64,000 nucleotides of DNA from Patescibacteria group bacterium (GTDB lineage: Bacteria > Patescibacteriota > Kazan-3B-28). Under the pieces are notes generated by a model. The model was not told the origin of the DNA and searched no databases. It worked only from the letters and a program-made list of their open reading frames with translations. The translations under genes were made by a program, and so were the position numbers. The stretch spans positions 32,559 through 96,558 of the forward strand of contig JBAZNQ010000001.1 in assembly GCA_041649135.1 (NCBI GenBank), in the 5' to 3' direction. Each line of letters opens with the position of its first letter. The stretch's first letter is position 1. Shown here piece after piece: positions 30,397 to 40,387 of the stretch.

Positions 30397-30840
30397 ATGG
30401 ACGGCAGCCGCTATATGCTGGCGAGCGCCGGTGTGGTGGAGGCTGTTATATCGGCGTTAAAGGCGATAGGCGTCGAGATACTGTATGTCACCGAACTTGT
30501 AAAGGTGCCTGAGTCGCTTGTCACCCGCCTACCCGCAGGATCTCTCCACCTGGCAGGCGATCGGGTTCATCTCTCCCCATCGATGAAAGCCGGGGAATAC
30601 ATAGCAAAAGCCAAGGATCTTGATGCTCTCAGGGAGGGCCTTGCCGCTGCCGGGATCCGCTCCATTACGGAGCACCACTCGGCTGACAAGATCACTGATC
30701 TCCTCATCACGGACGACCATTCTGATGGCAGCGACTCCACTAACGATGTGGACGACACCGGTACTGATGGGGGAGGGGGCGACAACACCTCATGGTCAGA
30801 TAACGACGACGACACCGGTACGGACCACACACCGGCCTAG
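30397..30840 (+). CDS. 147-aa protein of unknown function: ~100-aa N-terminal domain plus a poly-acidic D/T/G-rich disordered tail (DDHSDGSDSTNDVDDTGTDGGGGDNTSWSDNDDDTGTD)
   Basis: ~58% GC versus ~42% for flanking genes. The ATG is immediately after the upstream TAG, in the same frame. A terminator follows. Confidence 0.5.
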   Translation: MDGSRYMLASAGVVEAVISALKAIGVEILYVTELVKVPESLVTRLPAGSLHLAGDRVHLSPSMKAGEYIAKAKDLDALREGLAAAGIRSITEHHSADKITDLLITDDHSDGSDSTNDVDDTGTDGGGGDNTSWSDNDDDTGTDHTPA

Positions 30841-30875
30841 TCTCGTTTCGAGACTCAAAACCTAGTACCTACCCA

Positions 30876-30903
30876 GGCCGCGGAACTCTCCGCGGCCTTT
30901 CTC
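30876..30903 (+). terminator. Rho-independent terminator (ggccgcggaactctccgcggcctttctc)
   Basis: 8-bp GC stem plus T-run. Confidence 0.6.
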
Positions 30904-30925
30904 ATATGGAGAAGCCCCTTATTGT

Positions 30926-30993
30926 GTCATTCTGGGGAGCCCCACAGGGCGACGCCAGAATCTTATATACGATTCTGGACAAGCCAGAATGAC
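30926..30993. repeat. MITE-like GTCATTCTGG...CCAGAATGAC element
   Basis: Inverted termini. Related to the copy at 11-66. Confidence 0.55.
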
Positions 30994-31194
30994 GGAGCAA
31001 CGGTTGTTGACACCTCGCTCAAGATGACCAAAATATGAGGGACCACCTTCCCCCAGATTGGTTAGATTGGATTAAATTGGATAAATTGGTTAGATTTTCT
31101 CAAAAAACCCTTGCTTTATCCTCCGAATTTAGGTATTTTCTAAAAGTATCACTTTTTACACCTATACTAATCTGTAAAGTTTTTAGAGGGACTT

Positions 31195-32382
31195 ATGGCT
31201 GAAACATTTAAGCGCGATAAGGTTCACGTTAACGTCGGCACCATCGGCCACGTTGACCATGGTAAGACCACTCTGACTGCCGCTATCACTCAAGTGTTAG
31301 CTAGTAAGGGTTTGGCCACTGCCCGCAAGTTCGATGAGATCGATAATGCTCCTGAAGAAAAGGCGCGTGGTATTACCATTGCGACGAGCCATCAGGAATA
31401 TGAGTCAGCGAAGCGTCACTACGCTCACGTTGACTGCCCCGGTCATGCTGACTACGTCAAGAACATGATCACCGGTGCCGCCCAGATGGACGCCGCTATT
31501 TTGGTGGTGGCCGCTACTGACGGTCCGATGCCACAAACTCGTGAGCACATTCTTTTGGCTCATCAGGTTGGTGTGCCTCAAATTATTGTCTTTTTGAATA
31601 AAACTGACATGGTTGACGATCCAGAATTGATCGACCTTGTCGAACAGGAAGTTCGTGACCTGCTCAAGAAATACGAATATCCAGGTGATGAGACCCCAAT
31701 TATTCGTGGAAGTGCTCTGAAAGCTCTGGAAAATCCAACTGACGAAGCTGCTGCCAAACCAATTATGGATTTGGTCGAAGCTCTCGACACCTATATCCCA
31801 GATCCAGTTCGGGCGCTTGATAAACCATTCTTGATGCCAGTTGAAGATGTCTTCTCCATCAAAGGCCGTGGTACGGTTGCTACTGGTCGTGTGGAGCAGG
31901 GTGTCATCAAAGTTAACGAAGAAATTGAGATCGTTGGGATTAAACCAACCATGAAATCGGTTGTTACTGGTGTGGAAATGTTCCGCAAATTGCTTGATCA
32001 AGGTCAGGCTGGCGACAACGTTGGTTTGCTATTGCGCGGTGTTGAGCGTGAGCAGATCGAGCGTGGTCAGGTGATCGCCAAACCGGGTAGTATTACTCCT
32101 CATACCGAATTCGAATCTGAAATTTACGTCTTGAGTAAAGAGGAAGGTGGCCGTCATACTCCATTCTCCAAAGGTTACAAGCCGCAGTTCTACTTCCGGA
32201 CGACTGACGTTACTGGCGAAGTCATTTTGGGCGAAGGCACCGAAATTGTTATGCCAGGTGATACTGCCAAAGTGAAAGTCGTCTTGATCGCTCCGATCGC
32301 TATGGACGAAGGCTTGCGGTTTGCTATTCGTGAAGGTGGTAAGACCGTTGCTTCTGGGGTTGTCTCAAAAATTCTCAAATAA
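31195..32382 (+). CDS. tuf: Elongation factor Tu
   Basis: 395 aa; GHVDHGKTT. Confidence 0.98.
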   Translation: MAETFKRDKVHVNVGTIGHVDHGKTTLTAAITQVLASKGLATARKFDEIDNAPEEKARGITIATSHQEYESAKRHYAHVDCPGHADYVKNMITGAAQMDAAILVVAATDGPMPQTREHILLAHQVGVPQIIVFLNKTDMVDDPELIDLVEQEVRDLLKKYEYPGDETPIIRGSALKALENPTDEAAAKPIMDLVEALDTYIPDPVRALDKPFLMPVEDVFSIKGRGTVATGRVEQGVIKVNEEIEIVGIKPTMKSVVTGVEMFRKLLDQGQAGDNVGLLLRGVEREQIERGQVIAKPGSITPHTEFESEIYVLSKEEGGRHTPFSKGYKPQFYFRTTDVTGEVILGEGTEIVMPGDTAKVKVVLIAPIAMDEGLRFAIREGGKTVASGVVSKILK

Positions 32383-32445
32383 TTATCAAATCAGGCGTCG
32401 CTTCAATTTCGAAGCGGCGCCTGAACAAAAATTTCTTGTACACTT

Positions 32446-32823
32446 ATGGCAAAAGCTCTCTCCCAATCAGATCCCAAAAAGAAACCGGAAAACGTCAAAC
32501 ATTCCGAAATCAAATCCGATAAGCAACGGATTCGGATTCGCTTAAAGGCGTATGATCACCGGATTTTAGATCGGTCGGCACATCAAATTATTGAAACTGC
32601 CGAGCGGACTGGTGCCGTTGTGTTGGGACCTATTCCTCTGCCAACCGATAAAAAAATTTACACTGTCTTGAAATCCACTTTTGTGCATAAAGATTCGCGA
32701 GATCAGTTTGAAATGCGGATCCATCGCCGGCTGATTGAAATTATTGATCCAACTGCCAAAACCATTGACGCCCTCACCAATTTGAGTCTGCCTGCCGGTG
32801 TCAGCATCGAAGTAAAAATGTAA
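32446..32823 (+). CDS. rpsJ: 30S ribosomal protein S10
   Basis: [14 protein letters not shown] motif. Confidence 0.95.
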   Translation: MAKALSQSDPKKKPENVKHSEIKSDKQRIRIRLKAYDHRILDRSAHQIIETAERTGAVVLGPIPLPTDKKIYTVLKSTFVHKDSRDQFEMRIHRRLIEIIDPTAKTIDALTNLSLPAGVSIEVKM

Positions 32824-32956
32824 GGTTTAGAGAAAAGAGACGAGAGTATAGAGAAAAATCTCTACGCTTTCATCTCTACTCTCTAACAGCAACAATTACT
32901 TCTGCGTCCCGCCATTGAATGGGACCAGAAGACAGATTTATATGAACCCCTATCCC

Positions 32957-33025
32957 TCGCAGATCCTCCGACTCGGTCCTTCGTAGCTTTAGCGAAGTAG
33001 GAAGCCTTGGCGTAGGAGGACTACC
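32957..33025 (+). ncRNA. Conserved ~70-nt structured element, copy 2 of 3, in the rpsJ-rplC spacer
   Basis: tcgcagatcctccgactcggtccttcgtagctttagcgaagtaggaagccttggcgtaggaggactacc, followed by a (CCTCTCT)n leader and the rplC ATG. Confidence 0.4.
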
Positions 33026-33070
33026 TGAACTTATCCCTCTCCTCTCTCCTCTCTCCTCTCTCCTCTATCT

Positions 33071-33649
33071 ATGAAAGGTTTACTCGCAAAAAAATTGATG
33101 ATGAGCCAGAGTATTGCCGCAGACGGCAAGGTTCAACCGATCACTATCTTGGAAGTCGTTCCCAATGTCATTCGACAAATTAAAACGACTGAAACAGATG
33201 GCTATTTTGCGTTACAGTTAGCCTTTCCTAAGATCAATGCCAAGAAAGGTTTCACCAAGATCGCCGAATTTAATTATCCCGAAGGTGAATACAAAATTGG
33301 TGACTCCATTGCTGTTGACATCTTTACGGTCGGCGACAAAGTTCAGGCGACGGGTGTTACGAAAGGTAAAGGCTTCGCCGGCACGATCAAACGCCACAAT
33401 TTTTCCAGCGGTCCTTCAGGACATGGTCATGATCATCATCGGGCACCGGGGTCTTTGGGCCCTATGGGCATTGCTCGAGTGATCAAGGGTCGTCGCATGG
33501 GCGGTCACATGGGTGCTACGCAAATTACGGTCAAAAATCTGTCAGTCGTGGCGATCGACCCAAGTCATAATTTGATCGCTATCTCGGGTGCGATCCCGGG
33601 TGCTAATAAACAAATGGTAATGATCACACAAAATGGCGGACAAGAATAA
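33071..33649 (+). CDS. rplC: 50S ribosomal protein L3
   Basis: 192 aa. Confidence 0.95.
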   Translation: MKGLLAKKLMMSQSIAADGKVQPITILEVVPNVIRQIKTTETDGYFALQLAFPKINAKKGFTKIAEFNYPEGEYKIGDSIAVDIFTVGDKVQATGVTKGKGFAGTIKRHNFSSGPSGHGHDHHRAPGSLGPMGIARVIKGRRMGGHMGATQITVKNLSVVAIDPSHNLIAISGAIPGANKQMVMITQNGGQE

Positions 33650-34280
33650 TCCTGAACCAGTTGTTACTGAAACCAAGGCTGCTGATTGGCAAGTTTTGCC
33701 GGAGACTGCTTTAGGGGACGTCAAAGTTCAACCCCAAGTTTTACGGGAAGTGATTTTGGCTCTTCAAACCAACCGTCATCACGCTACTGCCAATACCAAG
33801 CGTCGTGGTGAAGTTAGCGGCGGCGGTCGCAAACCATGGCGGCAAAAGGGGACGGGACGAGCCAGAACTGGTTCCATCCGGAATCCTTTGTGGAAAGGTG
33901 GCGGCATTATCTTTGGCCCGTTAAAAACCAAGAATTATCAGCAAAATGTGCCAACTAACTTACGGCGTCAGGCGTTATTCGGTGCCCTAAAGTTAAAACT
34001 TGATCAGGGTAAAGTTGCGGTTTGGAAATTAACCGAACCAGTCGCCAAAACTAAATTAGTCTTATCCCAGCGACCAGAACTTCTGGAAGCTAGCCCGATC
34101 TTGGTAGTGGTACCAAATAGCGATTTCAAAACTAGTTTGCGTAATCTGCCGAATGTTCAGTTAGTTACTCCCGTTACTCTCAATGCTTTGGGAGTCGCGT
34201 CAGCTCGACGGATTATCTTTATTAATGATACTTTTGACCAAATTAAAGCCAGAGCCAAGGCTGAACCACTTGCCTCGTAA
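33633..34280 (+). CDS. rplD: 50S ribosomal protein L4
   Basis: 215 aa. Confidence 0.93.
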   Translation: MADKNNPEPVVTETKAADWQVLPETALGDVKVQPQVLREVILALQTNRHHATANTKRRGEVSGGGRKPWRQKGTGRARTGSIRNPLWKGGGIIFGPLKTKNYQQNVPTNLRRQALFGALKLKLDQGKVAVWKLTEPVAKTKLVLSQRPELLEASPILVVVPNSDFKTSLRNLPNVQLVTPVTLNALGVASARRIIFINDTFDQIKARAKAEPLAS

Positions 34281-34354
34281 AAATCTAGCCAACAGTAATC
34301 GATTATCACCATTAACTTTAATATCAACTATACCAAGTACAAATTTCTAACGGG

Positions 34355-34633
34355 ATGACTATCATCAAGCGACCAATTATTTCTGAAAAAAGCATTGCCC
34401 AAGGTACGGTGAATAAGTACACTTTTTTAGTCACTCGGGTAGCTAACAAGTCTCAAATTGCGTTAGCTATCGAAAAGTTGTTTAAAGTTAAGGTTACAGA
34501 TGTTAATGTTTTAAACTTGGCTGGCAAAAGAAAAAAGTTTCGTCGGACCATGGGTCAGCGGGATGCTCGTCGTAAAGCCATGGTTACGTTGAAAGCTGGT
34601 GACCGCATCGCCTTATTTGAAGAAAACAAATAA
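34355..34633 (+). CDS. rplW: 50S ribosomal protein L23
   Basis: 92 aa. Confidence 0.93.
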   Translation: MTIIKRPIISEKSIAQGTVNKYTFLVTRVANKSQIALAIEKLFKVKVTDVNVLNLAGKRKKFRRTMGQRDARRKAMVTLKAGDRIALFEENK

Positions 34634-34700
34634 ATTAATTTAATAACCAAATATCTTCCCTAATTATTAACTGTTCACTCTTAACTTTTCACTAATTATC

Positions 34701-35549
34701 ATGTCCGTCAGAACACTCAAACCTAATACTTCTGCCCAGCGCAAAATGCAGTACATTCTGTATCGGGATGTGCTGACCCAAGGCGCCAAGCCGGTCAAAA
34801 GTTTACTGAAAGGTAGAAATCGGACGGATGTTCGGAACAATCGTGGTGTAAAAACCATGACTGGTCGCGGTGGTGGCGCCAAGCGGTCCTATCGCATGGT
34901 AGACCTCCATCAGAAGAGATTTGAAATTCCGGCTACTGTTCAAAGCATTCAATACGATCCTAATCGGACTACCTTTATTGCTCACATTACTTTTATTGAC
35001 GGTGTTCACGCCTACATTCTGGCTCCCGAGGGGCTCAAGGTAGGGGATAAGGTTGTCTCTGGTATCAACACCAAGGTTAAGCTCGGCAACCGACTCCAGT
35101 TGAAAAATATTCCAGCTGGTACCACCATTCACAATATCGAGTTGGTACCCAACAAAGGCGGTCAAATTGCTCGCTCTGCCGGTTCATCTGCCTTGCTTAT
35201 GAGTTTTGACGCTGGGTTTGCTCTCCTCAAAATGCCATCTGGTGAAATTCGCCGGGTTCCGGAAACTGGTTTTGCCAGCATTGGTTCCTTGTCCAACCCC
35301 GATCATATGAATATCAGAATTTCTAAAGCCGGTCGCACCCGGAAAATGGGACTTCGTCCTACTACCCGCGGTAAAGCCAAAAACCCAGTTGATCACCCGC
35401 ATGGTGGTGGTGAAGGTAATACTTCTATCGGTTTGAAGAAACCAAAGACCAAAACTGGTCGTCCCGCCCTTGGCTTTAAGACCCGTAATCGCAAAAAACC
35501 AAGTAGCAAGTTTATTGTTAAACCAAGAGCAAAAAAACATAAAAAATAA
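34701..35549 (+). CDS. rplB: 50S ribosomal protein L2
   Basis: HPHGGGEG motif. Confidence 0.97.
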   Translation: MSVRTLKPNTSAQRKMQYILYRDVLTQGAKPVKSLLKGRNRTDVRNNRGVKTMTGRGGGAKRSYRMVDLHQKRFEIPATVQSIQYDPNRTTFIAHITFIDGVHAYILAPEGLKVGDKVVSGINTKVKLGNRLQLKNIPAGTTIHNIELVPNKGGQIARSAGSSALLMSFDAGFALLKMPSGEIRRVPETGFASIGSLSNPDHMNIRISKAGRTRKMGLRPTTRGKAKNPVDHPHGGGEGNTSIGLKKPKTKTGRPALGFKTRNRKKPSSKFIVKPRAKKHKK

Positions 35550-35658
35550 TAAATTAAGTTAATAATTAATAATTAACGGTGAATAATTAGGGAATAAAAT
35601 ATATCAATCGTCGCTTGCGACACCAAAACTATTCACTTTTAACTTTTCACTATCTCTT

Positions 35659-36018
35659 ATGTCACGTTCAAGCAAAAAAGGACCATACATCGACGAACGC
35701 CTAATGAAAAAGGTGCTCGCCGCCAAGGATTCCGGTAGCAAGTCGGTCATTAAGACTTGGTCACGTAGTTGTTCTATCACTCCGGAAATGGTTGGTTTGA
35801 CCATCGGTGTCCATAACGGTAAAGACCATATTCCGGTTTACATTCAGGAAGCCATGGTTGGACATAAGTTGGGTGAGTTTTCCTTGACCCGTAAATTCCG
35901 TAGCCACGGCGGTAAGATGGCTAAAGAACAAGCCAAGGCTGCTACCGCTCCGGCCGCTCCAGCTGCTACTCCAGCCGCCAAGCCAGCCGCTAAAAGCAAA
36001 GGCGGTAAGAAAAAATAA
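35659..36018 (+). CDS. rpsS: 30S ribosomal protein S19 with Ala/Pro/Lys-rich C-terminal extension
   Basis: S19 core plus the tail [32 protein letters not shown]. Confidence 0.93.
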   Translation: MSRSSKKGPYIDERLMKKVLAAKDSGSKSVIKTWSRSCSITPEMVGLTIGVHNGKDHIPVYIQEAMVGHKLGEFSLTRKFRSHGGKMAKEQAKAATAPAAPAATPAAKPAAKSKGGKKK

Positions 36019-36021
36019 ATC

Positions 36022-36540
36022 ATGGAAACTAAAGCCACCGCAAAATTCACTCGGATTAGCCCGAAAAAAGCCCAACCTATGGTGAAGGCTTTGCGTGGGG
36101 CAACTGTTACTGATGCGATGGCTGAACTGAAATATCATTCCAGTAAAACGGCTCGAATTCTTTACAAGTTGATTAAATCGGCCACTAATAATGCCATTAA
36201 CAACTATAATTTAAAAGAAACTAATCTTCGGGTTAAAACGCTGACTGTTGATACCGGCCCAACTATGAAACGGTATTGGTTCCGTTCCCATGGTTCCGCC
36301 GACCCATTATTGAAGCGGAGTAGCCATTTTGCGGTTGTCTTGGAAGAAATTAAGCCAACCCTGATCAAAAAGAAAGTCGAAGCGCCTAAATCGATCACTA
36401 CCACATCAGCTCCTTCTAGTACTGCCGCCGAAACTGCTGTTACCCCAACGACTGATCTAGCGCCTAAATCGAAATTACCAAAACCCAAATTGACTAAAGG
36501 ATTAAAGCAAGTATTTACTCGTCGAACTACAAATAAATAA
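36022..36540 (+). CDS. rplV: 50S ribosomal protein L22 with ~55-aa low-complexity C-terminal extension
   Basis: 172 aa. Confidence 0.92.
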   Translation: METKATAKFTRISPKKAQPMVKALRGATVTDAMAELKYHSSKTARILYKLIKSATNNAINNYNLKETNLRVKTLTVDTGPTMKRYWFRSHGSADPLLKRSSHFAVVLEEIKPTLIKKKVEAPKSITTTSAPSSTAAETAVTPTTDLAPKSKLPKPKLTKGLKQVFTRRTTNK

Positions 36541-36630
36541 AAACAAGTAAATTCGAAGCACGAAATCCGAAATACTAAAAACGTTCAGAAAATTATAATT
36601 TAGAAATTAGAATTTAGAAATTAACCTGTT

Positions 36631-37302
36631 ATGGGACAAAAGATTCATCCACATTTATTCAGACTCGGTGTCACTTCCAAGTGGAAGGCGCGTTGGTTTG
36701 ACAGCAAAAACTACGCCAAGTTTTTATTGGAAGATTACAAAATTCGTCAGCTAGTCAACGCCAAATTAAAACGGGCAGCTAATGATTTGGAAATTGAACG
36801 GGTGGGTAGTGATATGAATTTAGTAATTCTCACTTCTCGTCCGGGTGTGATTATCGGCCGAGGTGGCGCCGGCGTTGAAGACTTAAAGCAAGCAGTCAAG
36901 AAATTAACTACTGCGACCAACGTTAATATCAATATTCAAGAGATCCATGACCCAGAAACTTCTGCTTCAGTCATCGCCAATAATATTGTTGAACAGATTG
37001 AAAAAAGAATTCCTTTCCGTCGAGCCATTAAACAATCAATTGAAGCTGCTCGTCAGGCCAAAGCCGAAGGTGTTCGGATCGTCATTGCTGGTCGGTTAAA
37101 TGGTGCGGAAATTGCTCGTCGGGAAGTCTTTGGCTTCGGTAAGGTACCATTACATACTATTAAGCGGTTCATTGATTATTCCTTTAAAACTGCCTACACC
37201 ACTTATGGCACGATCGGCGTTAAGGTTTGGGTGTTATTGCCATCAGTAAAAGAAGACGAAACCAATGACCAGCCACAATCAGCAGCTCATAACTCTTTAT
37301 AA
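36631..37302 (+). CDS. rpsC: 30S ribosomal protein S3
   Basis: 223 aa; KH domain. Confidence 0.95.
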   Translation: MGQKIHPHLFRLGVTSKWKARWFDSKNYAKFLLEDYKIRQLVNAKLKRAANDLEIERVGSDMNLVILTSRPGVIIGRGGAGVEDLKQAVKKLTTATNVNINIQEIHDPETSASVIANNIVEQIEKRIPFRRAIKQSIEAARQAKAEGVRIVIAGRLNGAEIARREVFGFGKVPLHTIKRFIDYSFKTAYTTYGTIGVKVWVLLPSVKEDETNDQPQSAAHNSL

Positions 37303-37364
37303 ATTTCCCACTACTTATCATTTTTCACTTTTAACTCTTCACTCTTAACTATTCACTATTCACT

Positions 37365-37772
37365 ATGTTAATCCCCAGAAAAGTAAAATATCGCAAGCAG
37401 CATCGAGGCAAAATGGGTGGCGTCGCCACTCGGGGGAGTGCTATTGCTTTTGGTAAATTCGGTCTCAAATCTCTGGAGGCGCATTGGATTACTGCCCGCC
37501 AGATCGAAGCCGCTCGTCGAGCTATTACCCACTTTATTAAACGTGAAGGCAAAGTCTGGATTCGGATCTTCCCGCATCAATCGGTTACCTCTACTCCCAA
37601 CGAAACCCGTATGGGTGGCGGTAAGGGGGCAGTCAGCCATTATGTTGCTACCATCAAACCAGGCACGATCTTATTTGAAATGGATGGAGTGCCGGAAGCA
37701 GTTGCCGAAAAGGCACTCAATCTGGCTGGCCACAAATTACCGATCAAAACTAAGTTTGTAACTAAGGTTTAA
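37365..37772 (+). CDS. rplP: 50S ribosomal protein L16
   Basis: [15 protein letters not shown]. Confidence 0.95.
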   Translation: MLIPRKVKYRKQHRGKMGGVATRGSAIAFGKFGLKSLEAHWITARQIEAARRAITHFIKREGKVWIRIFPHQSVTSTPNETRMGGGKGAVSHYVATIKPGTILFEMDGVPEAVAEKALNLAGHKLPIKTKFVTKV

Positions 37773-37774
37773 TT

Positions 37775-37999
37775 ATGACAAAGACGAGTACCACACTAAT
37801 CGATTACCGTAAACTTGCGTTGAAGGATTTGGTTAAGCAAATCGATGAGACCCAGTTGAAGCTGCAGGAACTGCGCAATCAATTGACCATCGGTAAGCTA
37901 AAAAGTTATAACCAAATTCACGACTTAAGACGGTCAATCGCTCAAATGGAAACCGTTCGGAATGAAAAAATTATGTTGGAGGCAATCTCTCATGGATAA
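37775..37999 (+). CDS. rpmC: 50S ribosomal protein L29
   Basis: 74 aa. Confidence 0.9.
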   Translation: MTKTSTTLIDYRKLALKDLVKQIDETQLKLQELRNQLTIGKLKSYNQIHDLRRSIAQMETVRNEKIMLEAISHG

Positions 38000-38255
38000 A
38001 ATTAGGCAACAAAAAACCGGTCAAGCTATTTCCCGAGCTGGTCATCAAACGGTGATCGTTCGGGTGGATACTTACATTGCTCACCCACTCTACAAAAAGC
38101 GGGTTCGCAAAACCAAGCGGTTTGCCGTCCACGATGTCGATAACAAAGTTCAGATCGGTGATGCCGTGATTATTGGCGAAACTCGTCCGATCAGCAAAAC
38201 CAAGCATTGGGAAGTAATCGAAATTCTGTCAACTAAACCTAATACCACCATATGA
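37992..38255 (+). CDS. rpsQ: 30S ribosomal protein S17 (start at internal ATG 37992, overlapping the rpmC stop)
   Basis: [25 protein letters not shown]. Confidence 0.9.
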   Translation: MDKIRQQKTGQAISRAGHQTVIVRVDTYIAHPLYKKRVRKTKRFAVHDVDNKVQIGDAVIIGETRPISKTKHWEVIEILSTKPNTTI

Positions 38256-38620
38256 TCCAAGAAGGAACTAATTTAAAAGTGGCTGACAACACCGGCGCCA
38301 AGCGGGTTCGTTGTTTCAAAGTCTTAGGCGGTTCCCGTCGTCGCTATGCTGGCTTAGGCGATATTATTGTTTGTGCTGTCAAAGAAGCCTCTGCTACTGG
38401 TGTCGTCAAAAAGAAGGACGTTGTCAAAGCCGTGATCATTCGGGTGAGAAAGTCAGTTCGACGTTCCGACGGTAGCTACATTCGGTTTGATGACAATGCT
38501 GTCATTATCGTTGACGCCCAAAAGCAACCCCGAGGGACTCGAGTTTTTGGACCGGTTGCCCGCGAGTTGCGCGATAAAAACTTTATGAAAATTATCTCAC
38601 TAGCTCCAGAGGTCTTATAA
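38252..38620 (+). CDS. rplN: 50S ribosomal protein L14
   Basis: [17 protein letters not shown]. Confidence 0.95.
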   Translation: MIQEGTNLKVADNTGAKRVRCFKVLGGSRRRYAGLGDIIVCAVKEASATGVVKKKDVVKAVIIRVRKSVRRSDGSYIRFDDNAVIIVDAQKQPRGTRVFGPVARELRDKNFMKIISLAPEVL

Positions 38621-38652
38621 CATTCCACCATTAAGCAAATTCGATCAACAAA

Positions 38653-38976
38653 ATGAAATTACGAAAAGGCGACAAAGTATTAGTAATCAAAGGCAAAGAC
38701 CGAGGCAAGTCTAGCGCTATCGTAGTGGTTGATCCCAAAACTGCCAAGTTGAAACTTGAAGGTCTGAATGTTTATAAGCGCCATCTTCGGAAAGCGTCCC
38801 GACCGGGTGTAGCTGGTGGTATCACCGAACGCATCTTGCCGATTGATGCCGCAAAAGTTATGCTGATTTGCGCTAACTGCAATCAGCCAACTCGGGTTGG
38901 ATATAAGAAAATTGGTGGCAAAACTGAAAGAATCTGTAAAAAATGTCAGGCGATCATCGCTTATGCTAAAAAGTAA
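38653..38976 (+). CDS. rplX: 50S ribosomal protein L24 (KOW) with C-terminal Cys4 zinc-ribbon-like motif
   Basis: KGDKVLVIKGKDRGK, followed by CANC...CKKC. Confidence 0.9.
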   Translation: MKLRKGDKVLVIKGKDRGKSSAIVVVDPKTAKLKLEGLNVYKRHLRKASRPGVAGGITERILPIDAAKVMLICANCNQPTRVGYKKIGGKTERICKKCQAIIAYAKK

Positions 38977-39508
38977 ATATTTAAAATTAGTTCCCGAATT
39001 AAAACAGACTCTCGGCCTGAAATCGATTTCCGCTGTACCAAAACTGCAGAAAGTGGTGATTCATGTTAGTGCTGGTCGGGCGATTGGCGAACCGAAATTG
39101 ATCGAGACCGTGGTTGAAGAATTGAAAAAGATTACTGGTCAAAAGCCAGTTGTCACCAAAGCCAAGAAATCTGTTGCCGGCTTTAAACTGCGCGAAGGAG
39201 TTGAGATCGGTGTCATGGTGACACTTCGAGGAAACCGGATGTATGATTTTCTGGACAAGCTGGTTAATGTTACTTTACCTCGGGTACGCGACTTCCAAGG
39301 CCTGCCACCTCACAAAGGTTTCGACAAAAACGGTAGTTTTAACCTTGGTATCCGCGAACATATTGCTTTCCCTGAAGTTGTTTTCGAAAATGTTGAAAAA
39401 ATTCTTAGCTTACAAATTACCATTGTTACCACCGCCAAGACTCCAGCCCACACCAAAGCTCTGTTAGTCGGTCTCGGCTTCCCTTTCCAAACAGAATCCA
39501 CTAAATAA
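38963..39508 (+). CDS. rplE: 50S ribosomal protein L5 (start at ATG 38963, 14-nt overlap with rplX)
   Basis: MLKSKYLKLVPELKQTLGLKSISAVPKLQKVVIHVSAG. Confidence 0.92.
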   Translation: MLKSKYLKLVPELKQTLGLKSISAVPKLQKVVIHVSAGRAIGEPKLIETVVEELKKITGQKPVVTKAKKSVAGFKLREGVEIGVMVTLRGNRMYDFLDKLVNVTLPRVRDFQGLPPHKGFDKNGSFNLGIREHIAFPEVVFENVEKILSLQITIVTTAKTPAHTKALLVGLGFPFQTESTK

Positions 39509-39554
39509 ATCCTGATCATCTATAACTTTTCACTTATCACTATTAACTACTCAT

Positions 39555-39740
39555 ATGGCTCGTAAAGCATTAATCAACAAAGCGAATAAGAAACCCAAAT
39601 TTTCCACTCGGATCGTGCGACGGTGTTCGATTTGCGGTCGTCCTCACGGTTTCATGAGAGACTTTGGGGTTTGCCGCATCTGCTTTCGAGAATTAAGTCG
39701 TACCGGACAGCTGCCAGGAATTAAAAAAGCCAGCTGGTAA
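39555..39740 (+). CDS. rpsN: 30S ribosomal protein S14 type Z (zinc-binding)
   Basis: 61 aa; CSICGRPHG...CRIC. Confidence 0.93.
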   Translation: MARKALINKANKKPKFSTRIVRRCSICGRPHGFMRDFGVCRICFRELSRTGQLPGIKKASW

Positions 39741-39856
39741 AGATAATAATCTAATCAATTTATTCCAATCTCACCAATCTGACCAATCTGACCAATCAAA
39801 ATTAATCCATAACTTATTCACTTCTCATTATTCATTCTTAATTCTTAATTATCCTT

Positions 39857-40261
39857 ATGACTATTACCGATCCTATTGCTGATATGTTGACCGCTCTGCG
39901 CAATGCTGTTGCTGTGCACAAGGATATCGTCGTTGTGCCCCATTCCAAACTGCGTGAAGCTATCGCGAAATTGATCCAAGAAGAGGGTTATGTTCGTGAT
40001 GTCAGAGTCGAGACTAATCCCCAAACTAAGTTTTTAGAATTGCAGGTGGGGCTTAAATACGCTTCCAATGGTGATTCCGTGATTCAGGGTATCCGTCGGG
40101 TTAGTCATCCGGGTCAACGAATTTACAGCTCTTCTAACCGCTTGAAGAAAGTTTTGAGCGGTGTCGGAACTTCTGTCGTGTCTACTTCTCAAGGCCTAAT
40201 GACTGATCACCAAGCTCGCCAACAGGGGCTAGGCGGTGAAGTACTATTTAAGATTTGGTAA
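39857..40261 (+). CDS. rpsH: 30S ribosomal protein S8
   Basis: TDPIADMLTALRNA. Confidence 0.95.
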   Translation: MTITDPIADMLTALRNAVAVHKDIVVVPHSKLREAIAKLIQEEGYVRDVRVETNPQTKFLELQVGLKYASNGDSVIQGIRRVSHPGQRIYSSSNRLKKVLSGVGTSVVSTSQGLMTDHQARQQGLGGEVLFKIW

Positions 40262-40387
40262 ATCGTAAAGTTAATCATTAATAGTGAATAGTTAAGGAAA
40301 ATAATTTAACCCCCCCCAATCTCTATTCTCTAATCTCTCTTCTCTCTTCTCTCTTCTCTACTCTCTAATCTCTACTCTCTAACTCCC

